Source: a virus (taxonomy: Duplodnaviria; Heunggongvirae; Uroviricota; Caudoviricetes). From it: a stretch of DNA of 23,494 bases. The notes beneath the pieces are model-generated. The model had not been told where the DNA came from. It saw nothing but the letters and a program-made list of their open reading frames with translations, and ran no database searches. Location of the stretch: the IMG/VR virus record IMGVR_UViG_3300025597_000613, positions 1-23,494 of that record. One strand, given 5' to 3'. Position numbers and translations under genes: made by a program. Positions 21,983-23,494 of this stretch are shown in pieces; position 1 is the first letter of the stretch, and each line of letters begins with the position of its first letter.

Positions 21983-22237
21983 TTATCTTGTTGTAGTATC
22001 AATACCGAAGTTTTCGTATATTCTGTGCTTTGGTTTTGCATTTTTGACAATTAGGGCCTTAGAATGAGTTTTTGCATCTTCCAGGAGTTTCTTAGAATAC
22101 TCGTCGGCGGTCCATCCATGTTTTTTGAGAATTTTAGGAATATCTGTTAGATTCTTAGTGGGCGAAGATTCCATAATTCTTTTCAATTCACGGAAATCCG
22201 TCCTCGTCAGAACTCTATATGTATCATCCTCATTCAT
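21983..22237 (-). CDS. small protein, paralog family B (start MNEDDTY)
   Basis: NEDDTYRVLTRTDF...HGWTADEY. Confidence 0.8.
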   Translation of the reverse strand: MNEDDTYRVLTRTDFRELKRIMESSPTKNLTDIPKILKKHGWTADEYSKKLLEDAKTHSKALIVKNAKPKHRIYENFGIDTTTR

Positions 22238-22257
22238 AATTTCCGTCTGTAGTATAA

Positions 22258-22473
22258 CTATTTTAGAGCAGAATGGTGAACTTCGCAATTGGGAAAATAG
22301 AGTTTGAATGCAATAGCATCCTCGGCAGTTGCATCATTCACCATGAAATGATAAACATATCCTTGCCCACTACCGTAGCTTGTTGATCCACAATAATGGT
22401 ATAGCAATTCATGTTTCTTCAACCATTGAACAATGGGATCACCGGGTTCTTTTTCCGGAATATCGATCTGCAT
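22258..22473 (-). CDS. small protein, paralog family A (dispersed member)
   Basis: YVYHFMVNDATAEDAIAFKLYF. Confidence 0.8.
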   Translation of the reverse strand: MQIDIPEKEPGDPIVQWLKKHELLYHYCGSTSYGSGQGYVYHFMVNDATAEDAIAFKLYFPNCEVHHSALK

Positions 22474-22631
22474 TATCGTCGAGACACGACGAGGAAGAAG
22501 ATCATCATCACAATCATCAACGGCCAGAGTAGGCCCCAGATTGCACCGAAGAATGGATTATCACTGAAGCTACCACCTGCGGTTGCGAAAGCGCCTGCAA
22601 ATACAGCAATGACTAGATAGATTGTAAGCAT
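22473..22631 (-). CDS. small membrane protein (start MLTIYLV)
   Basis: Two hydrophobic helices, WGLLWP motif. Confidence 0.7.
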   Translation of the reverse strand: MLTIYLVIAVFAGAFATAGGSFSDNPFFGAIWGLLWPLMIVMMIFFLVVSRR

Positions 22632-22726
22632 GTTGACTTTCTGTTGATGTGGGCCTTCCACCCACTTGTGACCCTTAAAAAATTCAACATTTGTTGAATA
22701 TTGCCGTTGTCCTACCAGCAAGTTCT

Positions 22727-23019
22727 TGGTGCCCGAAGCGGGACTCGAACCCGCATGTCTTTCGACGGGGGATTTTCTTACCACTATGACTTTCATCACC
22801 ATTTCTGTTTGTGGTCTGGACTATATCTTCACCTTTGCTTGTGCTTTAGGTGTTTGGGTATCTAGTCTCTACGGCGCTCTGGAGTTAACCAGTTCCCTCG
22901 GTGTTGCCATCAGCATTATCTGTTAAGGTTTCACCGATATCCCCAAATCCACTTTATAAGTTTCCCTATAAAGGCTCAGTTTTCAAAGTCCCCTGTGTAT
23001 ACCATTTCACCATCCGGGC
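22727..23019 (-). tRNA. trnL: tRNA-Leu(UAA), intron-containing (exons 23019-22986 and 22776-22727), CCA encoded
   Basis: Spliced product: acceptor GCCCGGA/UUCGGGC, D-arm GUG/CAC, anticodon arm GGGGA-CUUAAAA-UCCCC, long variable arm, T-loop UUCGAGU; 84 nt. Confidence 0.92.
22777..22985 (-). mobile_element. group I self-splicing intron (209 nt, no ORF) inserted after U34 of tRNA-Leu(UAA)
   Basis: P1 CUU/GAG with U-G at the splice site; P2 with GAAA loop; P4 UCGGUG/CACCGA; R GUAGAGACUA; S AAGAUAUAGUCC; P9 GAAA; terminal G. Confidence 0.92.
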
Positions 23020-23494
23020 GTTAATTTTTTCTGCAATTTTACAGCTCTTTCGTAATTACCACCTTTTGCTGCTAATCCTACGCTCTGCAATGCTTGCCTT
23101 ATATTACTATGAGATTGCAGTGCAGTCAAAAGTTCCTCGTCAGACACTTTCTTTTTTCCGGGATTTTTATTTCTACCCCTGAATGTATCTGTCTGAGAGT
23201 GGCAATTAGGGCATAACCATCTTAAATTTTCTTTTCTATTATCAGTTCTTTTACCATTTATGTGATCGAGTTCGAGAACCAGGTGTTTATTTTTCCAACC
23301 AATGATTCCGCAATCTTCGTCACTACATTTATATTCTAATATATTAAAATGATGAATATATTTTCTTAGGAATTCGCTACCCCAATGGGTATTTTCTTTA
23401 AAAATTTCCTCTTCAGTGTATGTAGTTGCCCCCTTATGAGATATTCTATCTTTTATCTCATCTGGTAATGAATGGTAATCATATCCTCTATGTG
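23007..23494 (-). CDS. HNH homing endonuclease, 5'-truncated by window edge
   Basis: LELDHINGKRTDNRKENLRWLCPNCHSQTDTFRGRN followed by VSDEELLTAL...VGLAAKGGNY helical domain; stop TGA at 23009-23007 inside the tRNA gene. Confidence 0.9.
   Translation of the reverse strand, partial: HRGYDYHSLPDEIKDRISHKGATTYTEEEIFKENTHWGSEFLRKYIHHFNILEYKCSDEDCGIIGWKNKHLVLELDHINGKRTDNRKENLRWLCPNCHSQTDTFRGRNKNPGKKKVSDEELLTALQSHSNIRQALQSVGLAAKGGNYERAVKLQKKLTPGW

Noticed and set aside
22632-22926. ORFs overlapping the tRNA and intron (5' part of 22473-22802; 22726-22926)
   Set aside because: Explained by the tRNA and intron sequence; the membrane gene starts at 22631

Overview
A 23.5-kb segment of a large (jumbo-type) tailed phage genome, most likely infecting a Gram-negative proteobacterium. 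It looks like an early/host-takeover accessory region. About 55 mostly small genes all lie on the minus strand, driven by at least 17 near-consensus sigma70 promoters. Recognisable products are a TraR/DksA(YbiI)-type C4 zinc finger, a winged-HTH protein, a phage AAA+ ATPase, a PcfJ-domain protein, a PagP-like outer-membrane barrel, two AT-hook/HTH-like basic paralogs, a Tat-signal protein and a partial HNH endonuclease. Two expanded small-protein families are present (10 and 7 members). At the right end a tRNA-Leu(UAA) gene is split by a compact 209-nt group I intron, next to the free-standing HNH gene. Several ORF-free regions are densely structured: 3.8-3.95 kb, 4.9-5.1 kb, 8.8-9.6 kb (two cloverleaf-like domains, a 29-bp palindrome and iteron-like repeats whose motif recurs in the wHTH gene promoter) and 17.3-18.7 kb (candidate large ncRNAs plus degenerate tRNA-like elements). 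All structures and family calls were made by eye; no database searches or folding programs were run.
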